Shown here one piece after another: positions 37,069 to 52,994 of a stretch of DNA of 64,000 bases (its first letter is position 1; each line of letters begins with the position of its first letter). The position numbers and the translations under genes are program-made. The notes below the pieces were generated by a model. The model saw only the letters and a list, made by a program, of their open reading frames with translations. It did no database searches and was not told the origin of the DNA. Location: positions 160,001-224,000 of the forward strand of contig OZ219872.1 in the NCBI GenBank assembly GCA_964291495.2, given 5' to 3'. This DNA is from Dehalococcoidia bacterium (GTDB lineage: Bacteria; Chloroflexota; Dehalococcoidia; UBA2979).

Positions 37069-37797
37069 GTGCCCGAGGAACGGCTCCAGAAGATCCTCGC
37101 GCGCCACGGCCTCGGCAGCCGCCGCTCCGTCGAGCAGCTGATCCGCGAGGGCCGCGTGCACGTCGACGGCGCCGTCGCCGAGCTCGGCCGGCGCGCCGAC
37201 CCCGCCGCCAGCCTCGTCACCGTCGACGGCGCGCCGCTGCCCCCGCTCCCGCCCGAGCTGACGCTGCTGCTGCACAAGCCGCGAGGCGTCCTCGTGACCG
37301 CCTCGGACGAGCGCGGCCGCACGACGGTCTTCGACCTGCTCGACGACCCGCCGGCGAGCCTGCGCCACGTCGGGCGGCTCGACCGCGACAGCGAGGGCCT
37401 GCTGCTGCTCACCACCCGCGGCGAGCTGGCGCACCGCCTGATGCACCCGCGCCACCGCGTCGACAAGACGTACGAGGCGCTCGTCGAGGGCGTCCCGGAC
37501 GCCTCGGCGCTGGTCCTCCTGCGCGAGGGCGTCGAGCTGGACGACGGCCCGACCGCGCCCGCCGGGGCGGAGCTGCTGCGCCGCGACGGCCGCGGCGCCT
37601 GGCTGCGCCTGGTGCTGCACGAGGGCCGCAAGCGCCAGCTGCGGCGCATGCTCGACGCCGTCGGGCACCCGGTGCGGCGGCTGATCCGCACCGGCGTCGG
37701 CGGCATCGCGCTCGGCGACCTCCCGGCGGGCGCCTCGCGGCCGCTCGACGCGGCCGAGGAGCGCGCGCTGCTCGCGCTCGTCGGCCTCGGCGAGTAG
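37069..37797 (+). CDS. rluB: rRNA pseudouridine synthase (RluB/RsuA family)
   Basis: ERLQKILA..SRR S4 domain, HKPRG, VGRLDRDSEGLLL, EGRKRQLRRM. Confidence 0.9.
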   Translation: MPEERLQKILARHGLGSRRSVEQLIREGRVHVDGAVAELGRRADPAASLVTVDGAPLPPLPPELTLLLHKPRGVLVTASDERGRTTVFDLLDDPPASLRHVGRLDRDSEGLLLLTTRGELAHRLMHPRHRVDKTYEALVEGVPDASALVLLREGVELDDGPTAPAGAELLRRDGRGAWLRLVLHEGRKRQLRRMLDAVGHPVRRLIRTGVGGIALGDLPAGASRPLDAAEERALLALVGLGE

Positions 37798-37863
37798 CCC
37801 GCCGACGCTGGACGCCCGCCGGACCGCGTCCATATCATCGCGGCGCGAGCCGCGGACGCCTCG

Positions 37864-38634
37864 ATGGCGACGGGCAGCGCGGGGACGGAGGCACGCCCGA
37901 TCGCTGCCCAATCCCCTACCCCGTCCCCTCCCGAGACCTCGAGCGAGTCGGTCGCGCGCAGCCTCGCGCTCGACGGGCCGACCGCCTCGGGCAAGAGCGC
38001 CGTGGGCCGCGCGCTCGCCGCGCGACTCGGCTTCGGCTTCCTCGACACCGGCATGATGTACCGCGCCTGCACGCGCGCCGTTCTCGACGCAGGGATCGAC
38101 GCCGACGACCCCGCCGCCGTGATCGACCGCGTCCGAACGGCAGACCTCGACGTCACGTGGCCGGCGGACCCGGCGACGCCTCGCGTCTCGGTCGACGGCG
38201 CAGACGTGACCGAGGGCCTGCGCGAGCCGGCGATCGAGGCCAGCGTCTCGCTGATCTCGCGCGTGCCCGAGGTGCGCGACGAGATGGTGCGCCTGCAGCG
38301 CGCGGTCGCCGAGCGCAGCCCGGTCGTGATGGCCGGGCGCGACATCGGCACGCGCGTGCTCACCGACGCGCGCGCGAAGATCTTCCTCGCCGCCTCGATC
38401 GAGGTGCGAGCCCGCCGCCGCCTCTCCGAGGAACTCGCCGCCGGGCGCGAGACGGACCTCGAGCGCGTGATCGAGGAGACCGCGCGCCGCGACGGCCTCG
38501 ACCAGACCGGCAAGCGCGCGATCCACCCCGAGCAGGCCGCGCCGGACGCGGTCATCCTCGATACGGACGCACTCGACATCGACGAGGTCGTGGCGCGCGC
38601 CCTCGCGGCCTACGAGCGGGCGAACGCCTCGTGA
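37864..38634 (+). CDS. cmk: Cytidylate kinase
   Basis: DGPTASGKS, LDTGMMYRA, GRDIGT, KIFL.AS...RA.RR. Confidence 0.95.
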   Translation: MATGSAGTEARPIAAQSPTPSPPETSSESVARSLALDGPTASGKSAVGRALAARLGFGFLDTGMMYRACTRAVLDAGIDADDPAAVIDRVRTADLDVTWPADPATPRVSVDGADVTEGLREPAIEASVSLISRVPEVRDEMVRLQRAVAERSPVVMAGRDIGTRVLTDARAKIFLAASIEVRARRRLSEELAAGRETDLERVIEETARRDGLDQTGKRAIHPEQAAPDAVILDTDALDIDEVVARALAAYERANAS

Positions 38635-39332
38635 TGGGCTGGCTGTGGGGTCGCTTCTCGATCTTCGCGTACTGGATCGCGACGAGCGCCATCTACTGGT
38701 TCATCCGCACCTTCGCCCGCCTGGAGGTGGTCGACGCCTCGAACGTGCCGGCCGAGGGCCGCGTGCTGATCGTCGCGAACCACCTCAGCAACTTCGACCC
38801 GGTGCTGGTCGCCGCCTGCTCGCCGCGGCGGGTGCGGACGATGGCGAAGCGCGAGATGTTCGAGACGCCGTTGGTCGGCTGGACGGTCTGGGCCTACGGC
38901 GCCTTCCCGGTGCGGCGTCACTCCGCCGACATGGGCGCGCTGCGGGTGGGGCGCAACCACCTGGTGGCAGGCCGCGCCGTGCTCGTCTTCCCCGAGGGCA
39001 CGCGAGCGCCCGAGCGATCGCTGATCCCCGCCCTGCCCGGCTCGGCGATGCTCGCGCTGCTCGGCGACGCGCCCGTCGTGCCCGTCGCCGTGACCGGCAC
39101 CGAGAGGCTGAGCGGGCCCGGCGCCATCCTCGGCGGGCTGTTGCGCGGGCGGCCAACGGTGCGCGTGCGCTTCGGCGAGCCGTTCTCGCTCGGCGACGGC
39201 GCGACGACCGCCAGCCGCGCCGAGGAGGCGACGGACCTGCTGATGCGCCACATCGCCGCGCTGCTGCCGGAGGGCTACCGCGGGGCCTACGGCGCGGGCA
39301 GCGAGGGCCAGCTCGTCGTCTCCCGCCAGTAG
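38634..39332 (+). CDS. plsC: 1-acyl-sn-glycerol-3-phosphate acyltransferase
   Basis: NHLSNFD, AKRE, FPEGTR, VVPVAV. Confidence 0.92.
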   Translation: MGWLWGRFSIFAYWIATSAIYWFIRTFARLEVVDASNVPAEGRVLIVANHLSNFDPVLVAACSPRRVRTMAKREMFETPLVGWTVWAYGAFPVRRHSADMGALRVGRNHLVAGRAVLVFPEGTRAPERSLIPALPGSAMLALLGDAPVVPVAVTGTERLSGPGAILGGLLRGRPTVRVRFGEPFSLGDGATTASRAEEATDLLMRHIAALLPEGYRGAYGAGSEGQLVVSRQ

Positions 39333-39376
39333 CGAGCTTCGCGTAACCCTCTCCTCGGGGCAGCGAGCGCATCCCT

Positions 39377-39591
39377 TCCGGTCCCCTCTCTCCGAGGGGA
39401 GAGGGGACCGGAGGGGTGGTTCTCCAACCCCGTCATTCCGGCGAAAGCCGGAATCCAGCCGAGCCGCGCAGCGCGCTCGTCCGACGCCCGTGGGGCCGGA
39501 GCTCTCGGGGGCGCAACAACCGATCGAGGTGGGGAGCATCCGCGGGCGAGCCCCCTCACCCCCGCCCTCTCCCCGGGGAGAGGGGGCCGGA
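39377..39591. repeat. Cluster of REP-like palindromes from two families
   Basis: CCCCTCTC/GAGAGGGG type at 39377-39412 and 39551-39591. GTCATTCCGGCGAAAGCCGGAATCCAG type at 39432-39458. Confidence 0.85.
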
Positions 39592-39803
39592 TCGGGCTTG
39601 TGGGAGTTTCGCAACGGTCTACAGTAGCGGGAGGCAGAGGGGCGTACCCGGCCGCTCCGCCTCGTGGCGAGTGTTGGGCGGGGACGGCCTATACTGCGTA
39701 CAGAGTGCGGGGGCTGCGCGAGCCCGTTGCGGCGCGCGTCTCTCGTATTCCCGTGAGCTCTTCCCCTGCGCGCGCGACGCCGACGCGCCCGCGAGAGGCA
39801 ACC

Positions 39804-42518
<2,715 letters not shown>

Positions 42519-42534
42519 CGCGCGCCTCGAGGCC

Positions 42535-42705
42535 TCAGAACGCCAGCCAGGCGAGGACGGCCGTCGCGGCGGCGACGGCGAGGCCGGTGACCGTCACGGC
42601 CGCGCTCTCCAGCGTGACCGGCCCCAGATAGAGCAGCGGGAAGCTGACGATCGTCCCGAGGAGGACGACGTGGCGCAGCTTCTGCTTCGTCGCGTCCGGC
42701 AGCAC
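42535..42705 (-). CDS. Small two-TM membrane protein downstream of the lactate permease
   Basis: GTG 3 nt after the permease stop, with a GAGGT SD. MLPDATKQKLRHVVLLGTIVSFPLLY..AVLAWLAF. Confidence 0.6.
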   Translation of the reverse strand: MLPDATKQKLRHVVLLGTIVSFPLLYLGPVTLESAAVTVTGLAVAAATAVLAWLAF

Positions 42706-42707
42706 GG

Positions 42708-44303
42708 CTACCTCGACAGTCCCGGCAACAGCTCGATGATGATGATCGCCTCGATGCCCACGAGCAGCACGAGCAGCAGGATGTAGGGAATCACGAGCCG
42801 GAAGATCTGCCGCTCGCTGCCCGCGAGGCCGACGACGGCGGCCCCGACGAGCACCTTCGCCGGCGCCATCGGGCTGCCGACCGAGGCGCCGATCGACTGG
42901 ATGCTCGCGATTGTCACGCCGCCGATGTCGAGCGCCCGCGCGGTCTCCAGCTGGAGCAGGCCGAACATCACGTTGGAGTTCGTGTTGCTCCCGCTCATGA
43001 ACGAGCCGAGCAGGCCGATGAACGGCGAGACGAGCGGGAAGACCGGCCCCGAGGCGTCGGCGATGCCCCGCGCCAGCAGCACCGTCATCCCGGAGTCGGC
43101 CATGACGACGGCCATCATCACCATCGTCGCGACGCCGATCGTGGTGCCGAGGCACTGCGAGTAGGTGAGCGTCGCCGCCTCCCAGGCGACGCCGCGCCGC
43201 CAGCGTCCGGCGAGGACGTAGAGGACGGCGCTGATCGCCACGGAGAAGGCGATCAGCGGGGCCGGGTGATTGAGCAACCGGATCGGCGCGTAGTCGTCGA
43301 CGGTCGGGACGGCGAAGCCCTCGGCGGTCACGAAGCCGGGGTAGTCGAGCGCCCACCTGAGGTCGGCGACGGCCTCCTTGATCGGGCCGATCTGCGAGAT
43401 CACGCTCAGCGTGATCAGCAGCAGGTACGGCATGAACGCCAGCCAGAACGGCAGCGACTCGCCCTCGTCGCCGTCCGGCTCCGCGGGCGCCTTCGGAGAG
43501 TCGGGCTCACCTCGGAACAGCGGTGTGCGAGCCACGAGGGCGATCGCCACCATGCCCAGCACGGCCGGGACGCTCGAGGCGATCTGCGGCGCGCCGGCGA
43601 GGGCGAGCAGGTACATCCCCGCCGCCATCACCGCACCCGCGACGATCACGACCGGCAGGCTGCGCCTCACGGCGTCCAGCCCGCCCTGGATGTGGGCGAC
43701 GAGCGCGCCGCTGACGACGATCACCGGCGCGAACAGCAGCGCCATGTGCGGGGCGATCACGTCGCCCTCGATGCCGGTTACGAGCTGGATCGTGTAGTAG
43801 GACGAGCCCATCGAGCCGAAGGTGACGGCCCAGCCGTGGCCGACGAGCGCCATGCCCGCCGCCCTCGCGGGCGAGAAGCCGAGCATGATCAGCAGCGGCG
43901 CGGCCACGGCGATCGGTACGCCGAAGCCGGTGATGCCCTGGATGAAGCTCGAGAAGCCCCAGCCGATCAGCAGCGCCTGGGTGAGGCGGTCCTCGGCCAG
44001 CCGGGCCATCGCGCGGCCGATCGCGTCGATGCCCCTCAGCCTGTCGACGAGGTTGAACATGTAGACCGACGCCCAGACGATCGTGAGCACGAACAGCGCC
44101 AGGCTGAGGCCCTTCGCGCTGGCGATCGCCACGTGGTCGCGCGCCGCCCCGAAGACCGCGAGGCCGAGCGCCATTGCCAGCACCCAGGCCGCCGCCCCCG
44201 CTCGGGGCGCGCTCCAGTCGAGGGCGAGAATCGTCACCACCAGCAGGGCCACGGGCGCCAGGGCCAGCAGCCAGTTGGCAATCGTGAGTTCGGGACCAGT
44301 CAC
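42708..44303 (-). CDS. lctP: L-lactate permease family transporter
   Basis: LIGWGFSSFIQGITGFGVPIA, TFGSMG, FMSGSNTNSNVMFG.LQ. Confidence 0.88.
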   Translation of the reverse strand: MTGPELTIANWLLALAPVALLVVTILALDWSAPRAGAAAWVLAMALGLAVFGAARDHVAIASAKGLSLALFVLTIVWASVYMFNLVDRLRGIDAIGRAMARLAEDRLTQALLIGWGFSSFIQGITGFGVPIAVAAPLLIMLGFSPARAAGMALVGHGWAVTFGSMGSSYYTIQLVTGIEGDVIAPHMALLFAPVIVVSGALVAHIQGGLDAVRRSLPVVIVAGAVMAAGMYLLALAGAPQIASSVPAVLGMVAIALVARTPLFRGEPDSPKAPAEPDGDEGESLPFWLAFMPYLLLITLSVISQIGPIKEAVADLRWALDYPGFVTAEGFAVPTVDDYAPIRLLNHPAPLIAFSVAISAVLYVLAGRWRRGVAWEAATLTYSQCLGTTIGVATMVMMAVVMADSGMTVLLARGIADASGPVFPLVSPFIGLLGSFMSGSNTNSNVMFGLLQLETARALDIGGVTIASIQSIGASVGSPMAPAKVLVGAAVVGLAGSERQIFRLVIPYILLLVLLVGIEAIIIIELLPGLSR

Positions 44304-44396
44304 GAGCAGCGTCCCCGCCGTTCCGTCAGCAGTGTCGCTCGCGGGCTATGCGCCCGGCCAATCCGCCCCGAGCATCGCCCAGCGAGCGGTGTCGGG

Positions 44397-46250
<1,854 letters not shown>

Positions 46251-46537
46251 GGTCGGCGCTCCTCGCCGGCCCCCCGCGCAGCAACCAGCGTACCGCGAGC
46301 GGTAGCGCAGCGGAAACGCCCGGCCGCGCGGGCTGCCAGCCGGGCCTTGATACAATGCCGCGGTTGCGGCCCGGATCGGCGAGGAACGTACGCAGGGCCC
46401 GCCGAATCGGACGTTCACCGAGAGCGAACCGGACGACGCGGCGCCCGCCGATTGGCCGCCCGGGCTGGAGCGGAATCGTGCACAGCATCTGCGCAGTGAT
46501 CGAGGTGCGGCGCGCCCCGGACGCGCGGGCCTGAGTC

Positions 46538-47488
46538 GTGCAAGACGCGCCTGACGGAGGCTCCGGCCGCCGGCGCTGGCTCGTGCCGCCCCTTGTGCTC
46601 GTCGTCACGGCCGCGGTCACTGCCGGCGTCGCGCTCCTGTTCTTCGACAGCCCGTCCGGCGAGGAGCCCGCCCCACCTGCGGCGCCCGCCAGCCCCGCCA
46701 CCCTGGCGACGCCGAGCGCGAGCCCGAGCCCCGACGCGAGCCCGAGTCCCGCTCCCGCATCGCCCACCCCTGCGCCGCTTGCAACGGAGACACCGACGGC
46801 GACCACCTCCCCTGCAACTTCGCCTTCGCCCACGCCGTCGCAAGAGGCGCGCCCCACGCCCGATCCGTCGCGAACGGACTACCCGGACCTCGTCGTGAGG
46901 GAGGTGTTCTCGCGCCTCAACCAGCTGTTCGTCGTCGTCGCCAACGCTGGCACCGCCGACGCCGACGGCGTGATCGAGGTCAGCATCGACGGCGGCACGC
47001 CGCACCCAATCGACACCGGCAAGGCGTTGCGGCCGGGCGACCTCATCGAGTACCCGCTCGAGGGCGAATACGTGCAGCGGCGTGGGCAGGTGGTGGTGAC
47101 CGTGCGCCCAAGCGCCTCGATCGTCGAGCGCAACGCCGGGAACAACGTCTTCGTCGGTGTCGTCACGCCGGACGCGCCCAACGACCTCGCGGTGATCGAC
47201 ATCACCTACGGAGGCAGCGGCCCCCACCTGATCGCGACCATCCGCAACCGCAGCCCGATCCCGCTGCGGGGCGAGGTTACGATTGCGATCCGGGAGATCG
47301 AGGCCCAGGACGACCTCTTGCTGCGCGAGACGCGCGAGCTCGACGTCGAGCGGGGCGCCACGCAGGCCTTCGAGTTCCCGGCAATCACGACGGCGCCGCT
47401 GGAGTCCGTGCAGGTGATCATCTCGACCGACGCGATCAACGATGCCGACGCGTCCAACAACTTGCTCCCCCGCCGGGGACCGCGCTGA
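46538..47488 (+). CDS. Membrane-anchored surface protein with a Pro/Ser/Thr linker and two CARDB-like Ig domains
   Basis: Transmembrane segment, PST-rich linker, PDLVV..VVANAGT..ERNAGNN, then NDLAV..IRNRS..DADASNN. Confidence 0.75.
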   Translation: MQDAPDGGSGRRRWLVPPLVLVVTAAVTAGVALLFFDSPSGEEPAPPAAPASPATLATPSASPSPDASPSPAPASPTPAPLATETPTATTSPATSPSPTPSQEARPTPDPSRTDYPDLVVREVFSRLNQLFVVVANAGTADADGVIEVSIDGGTPHPIDTGKALRPGDLIEYPLEGEYVQRRGQVVVTVRPSASIVERNAGNNVFVGVVTPDAPNDLAVIDITYGGSGPHLIATIRNRSPIPLRGEVTIAIREIEAQDDLLLRETRELDVERGATQAFEFPAITTAPLESVQVIISTDAINDADASNNLLPRRGPR

Positions 47489-47497
47489 GGTGACGCC

Positions 47498-47956
47498 GTG
47501 AGCGAACGTGCGGAGCAACCGATGCAATCCCGCGACGACCGCGTCGAAGCATTGCGCGAACGCCTCGAGCGGTCGCGGGCGACGCTGCTCGAGGCGCTCG
47601 CGAGCCTCACGGAGCGGGACTTCGCGAGCGAGATCGAGGATGGACGCAGCGTGCTCGACCTGCTCGCGGAGCTTGCGCCCGCAGAGTTGGCCGACGCCGC
47701 CGCCGCGGCGGCAGGCACTGCCGGCGTCCGTGACGTGGCCGTCGCGGGGCGGCGCCGCGACGCAATGATGGCGCCGCAGATGGTCCACGACCTCGCCGGC
47801 GCGCGCCGGCGCACGCTGCTCGCCCTCGCTGCAATCGAGGCGGCAGGAGGCGGCGAGGACGACCCGCTGGCGGCGCTGCGCGCGGTCGCCGAGCGCGAGG
47901 AGCAGGCCGCCGCCGCGATCCGCGCCCGCTTCGGGGACGGTTCGGCCGATTCGTAG
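47498..47956 (+). CDS. DinB-like helical hypothetical protein
   Basis: LERSRATLLEALASLTERDF..SVLDLLAEL..DLAGARRRTL. Confidence 0.6.
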   Translation: MSERAEQPMQSRDDRVEALRERLERSRATLLEALASLTERDFASEIEDGRSVLDLLAELAPAELADAAAAAAGTAGVRDVAVAGRRRDAMMAPQMVHDLAGARRRTLLALAAIEAAGGGEDDPLAALRAVAEREEQAAAAIRARFGDGSADS

Positions 47957-48015
47957 CAGATCTGCCGCCGCCGACCGTAACGATCGGGCCGTTGCGGTGT
48001 CTTAACAGATGGACC

Positions 48016-50037
48016 ATGAGTACCATCGAAGAAGTGAAATCGCGTCTCGATATCGTCGAGACCGTCGGCAACTACGTGCCGAACCTCAAGCGGAGCGGCC
48101 GTACGTGGAAGGCGAACTGCCCCTTCCACAACGAGCGCACGCCCTCGTTCATCGTCGACCCCAATCGCAACAGCTGGCACTGCTTCGGGGCCTGCTCGAC
48201 CGGCGGCGATGTGATCGAGTTCGTGCGGCGCTTCGAGGGGCTCGATTTCCGCGAGGCGCTGCGCCGCTGCGCCGAGCGCGCGGGCGTCGAGTTGCGCCCG
48301 CCGACGCGCGCCGAGCGCGAGGAGCGCGAGCAGCACGAGCAGCTGCTGAGCGCCAACGAGGCCGCCGCCGTCTTCTTCCAGGCCGCCCTCGACAGCCCCG
48401 AGGGCGCCTCGGCGCTTGCTTACGCCGAGGGGCGCGGGCTGGACGCGGGGGCGCGGCGCGACTGGCAGATCGGCTACGCGCCGGACAGTTGGCAGGCGCT
48501 CACGGACCACCTCGGCGCGCGCGGGTTCGGCCCGGACGTGCTGATCGCCGCCGGCCTCGCCATCGAGGGCAACCGGGGACCGTACGACCGCTTCCGCGGG
48601 CGGCTGATCTTCCCCACGCGCGACGAGCGCGGCAGGCTTACCGGCTTCGGAGGGCGCGCGCTGCTCGAGGACCAGGAACCGAAGTACCTCAACACGCCGC
48701 AGACTCCGCTCTTCGACAAGAGCGGCACGCTCTATGGCCTCGACCGCGCGGGCCCCGAGGCGCGCCGCGCCGAGCAGCTGATCGTCGTCGAGGGCTACAT
48801 GGACGTGATCGGCTGCTGGCAGGCCGGCCTGCACAACGTCGCCGCCTCGATGGGCACGGCGATCAGCGAGCGCCAGATGCGCCTCGTCAAGCGCTTCACG
48901 CCCAACGTCGTGCTCGCCCTCGACGCCGACAACGCCGGCTCCGAGGCGACCCTGCGCGCGATCGGCGTCGCCGCAGGGGCCGCCGACCACGACACGGTCG
49001 CGACCATCGACTGGCGCGGGCTCGTCTCCTACCAGGACGTGCTGCGCGCCGACATCCGCATCGCCGCGCTGCCCGAGGGCGAGGACCCGGACTCGCTGGC
49101 GCGCAAGAACCCGGACGACCTGCGCGCGCTGATCGACGCCGCGCGGCCCGTCGCCGACCACCTCTTCGACGCGATCGAGGAGCGCACGAACCTCGAGGAT
49201 CCGCGCGCCCGCTCGCAGGCGGTCGAGGCGCTCGCGCCGACGGTCGCGGCGATGGCGGACGCAGTGGTGCGGGCGCACTGGCTGCAACGGCTGGCGCGGC
49301 TGGGCCGCATCAGCGAGGCGGCCGCGCAGGCACTGGTCGCGCGCGGGCGCGGCGCGGTCCGTCCGGCGCCTGTGCCCTCCTCGCGCGAGGTCGCGGCCGC
49401 CGCGCGCCAGCAGCCGCCGCCGGGTGCGCCGCCCGCCAGCGACGTGAACCCGGGCGAGACGCAACTTTTGAGACTGCTGCTGCGTTATTCCTCCTGTCGC
49501 GAGGCCGGCGAGGCGCTCGACTCGGACACGTTCGAGGACAGCGAGTACCGCCGCCTGTTCGAGACGTGGCGCGAACACGACGACTTCGACGAGCGTCTTG
49601 ACGAGTTCGACGAGGAGTTGCAAGGGCTGCATGCCTCGCTGAGCGCGGGAGGACTGCCCGAGGCGTACGAGCGGATGTCGGCAATGGAGCTGTGCGAGGT
49701 GGTCGAGGGCACGGCCTGGCAGCTGCGCACCCGCCGCCAGCAGGCGCGCATCCGCGCCGAGGCAGGCGCGGTCGCGGAGCAGATGGCCGAGGCGCGCCGC
49801 GAGGGCGCCGGGGTGCTCGAGTTCGCCCTCAGCGCCGCCGAGCGCGGCGCGCTTCCGGCGGACGCGGCCAGCGAGGAGGCCGAACTGGCCACGAGCTTCG
49901 TCGAGCTGAGCCGGCAGCAGCGCGAGCTGGCTCGCGTCTTCGCCTCGGCCGGCGCCGGCAACGGCGAGCACGCCGAGCCGACGGAGACACACGACGACGG
50001 AAGCACTGGATTGGATGCGCCGGACGGCGCAGAGTGA
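48016..50037 (+). CDS. dnaG: DNA primase
   Basis: [16 protein letters not shown] zinc finger, [35 protein letters not shown]. Confidence 0.98.
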   Translation: MSTIEEVKSRLDIVETVGNYVPNLKRSGRTWKANCPFHNERTPSFIVDPNRNSWHCFGACSTGGDVIEFVRRFEGLDFREALRRCAERAGVELRPPTRAEREEREQHEQLLSANEAAAVFFQAALDSPEGASALAYAEGRGLDAGARRDWQIGYAPDSWQALTDHLGARGFGPDVLIAAGLAIEGNRGPYDRFRGRLIFPTRDERGRLTGFGGRALLEDQEPKYLNTPQTPLFDKSGTLYGLDRAGPEARRAEQLIVVEGYMDVIGCWQAGLHNVAASMGTAISERQMRLVKRFTPNVVLALDADNAGSEATLRAIGVAAGAADHDTVATIDWRGLVSYQDVLRADIRIAALPEGEDPDSLARKNPDDLRALIDAARPVADHLFDAIEERTNLEDPRARSQAVEALAPTVAAMADAVVRAHWLQRLARLGRISEAAAQALVARGRGAVRPAPVPSSREVAAAARQQPPPGAPPASDVNPGETQLLRLLLRYSSCREAGEALDSDTFEDSEYRRLFETWREHDDFDERLDEFDEELQGLHASLSAGGLPEAYERMSAMELCEVVEGTAWQLRTRRQQARIRAEAGAVAEQMAEARREGAGVLEFALSAAERGALPADAASEEAELATSFVELSRQQRELARVFASAGAGNGEHAEPTETHDDGSTGLDAPDGAE

Positions 50038-50059
50038 ACGAGCGGAACGGGGGAACGAG

Positions 50060-51799
<1,740 letters not shown>

Positions 51800-51876
51800 A
51801 CGGCCGCAGCGGGCGGCCGACTGCCAGGCGCCGCGCCCACAGCGAAGCGCGCCGCGCCGTTCGGAGAGGGATCGAG

Positions 51877-52179
51877 ATGCCGATTTACGAGTACCGCTGC
51901 AAGAAGTGCGACCACGAGTACGAGCAGCGGCGAAGCATGGCGGACATGGACAAGCGCCGTGCCTGCCCGGAGTGCCGCTCCCGCGCCGTGGAGCGCAAGC
52001 TCAACACGTCGTTCGCCGTCGTCGGCGTCTCCCGGACCGGCGGCGACTTCGATCTCGGCGACCTCGAGGGCATGGAAGGCCTCGAGGACATGGCCGGCAT
52101 GGAAGGCATGGGCATGCCCGAGATGGGCGGCATGCCCCCGGGCATGGGCGGCATGCCGCCCGGGATGGACGCCTTCTAG
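51877..52179 (+). CDS. FmdB-family zinc ribbon protein with a Gly/Met/Pro-rich tail
   Basis: MPIYEYRCKKC..CPECRS..GMGGMPPGMDAF. Confidence 0.88.
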   Translation: MPIYEYRCKKCDHEYEQRRSMADMDKRRACPECRSRAVERKLNTSFAVVGVSRTGGDFDLGDLEGMEGLEDMAGMEGMGMPEMGGMPPGMGGMPPGMDAF

Positions 52180-52231
52180 CCGTCGCGAGGGCGCCTCGAT
52201 CGCACGCGCTTCGCGGAGCAGCAGCCCGTCG

Positions 52232-52954
52232 CTACGCCTCAGCCGCGAGCAGCCCCAGCGCCCGACGGCGCTCGCGCTGCTCGAAGACCAGGTAGACGTG
52301 CCCGGCGGCAGCGAGCAGGGCGCCCTCAATGGCGCTGATCAGGCCGACCGCGAGGGTGACGTCGAACCAGAAGCCGCGCGGGTACATCTGGATCAGGTGA
52401 TCGCGGGCCGGGCTGAGCTTCCACAGGTCGTTCGCGAACGAGATCACGTGGAACTGCCGGAACAGCTCGTCGAAGCCGACCAGCACCGCCCCCGCCGCGA
52501 CCCCGAGCAGCACCACCGTCAGCCCGCCGGCGAATCGCAGCAGGCCCGCGAGGTGCGCGACTGCCTCGCCACGGCCGTACGCCAACGCCGCCGTGACGTA
52601 GAGCACGAGGATGGCGAACGCGATCTCGTGCACCCGGAAGCTGGCCTGCATCAGCCACTTCACGTCACGCATGTGCAGCACCTCGCGCTCGCTGAACAGC
52701 GGCGCCGGCGCGCCGTCGACCGTGACCTCGATGTCGAGCAGATCCTCGCCGTCGCGGAAGTAGTCGATGATCTCGCGCGCCGCGCGGTCGAGCTCGGCGC
52801 GCGCGACGCCCGTGGTCGGCTCGGCGTCGTAGCGCGCGAACGCGTACTCGTGCACGGGCGGCCAGAGGGCGGCGATCCGCACGTTCGTGAGCACCAGGAA
52901 GAGCGGCAGCGCGACGACGAACAGCGCCGTTGCAACCCAGCGAAGTGTCAGCAC
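52232..52954 (-). CDS. DUF1461/TIGR01906-like integral membrane protein
   Basis: FSEREVLHMRDVK, FDELFRQFHVISFANDLW, LIQMYP.GFW. Confidence 0.85.
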   Translation of the reverse strand: MLTLRWVATALFVVALPLFLVLTNVRIAALWPPVHEYAFARYDAEPTTGVARAELDRAAREIIDYFRDGEDLLDIEVTVDGAPAPLFSEREVLHMRDVKWLMQASFRVHEIAFAILVLYVTAALAYGRGEAVAHLAGLLRFAGGLTVVLLGVAAGAVLVGFDELFRQFHVISFANDLWKLSPARDHLIQMYPRGFWFDVTLAVGLISAIEGALLAAAGHVYLVFEQRERRRALGLLAAEA

Positions 52955-52960
52955 CCCACG

Positions 52961-52968
52961 AGTATACT
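52961..52968. promoter_or_regulatory. Palindromic bidirectional -10 element
   Basis: AGTATACT gives TATACT on both strands, each 6 nt before a start codon (GTG 52954 on minus, ATG 52975 on plus). Confidence 0.6.
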
Positions 52969-52994
52969 CGCGCCATGATTCACGTTCCGTGGCG

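Noticed and set aside
46251-46540. glmS ribozyme upstream of glmS
   Set aside because: No AGCGCC..GACGAGG..TATCG core in the right order on the coding strand.
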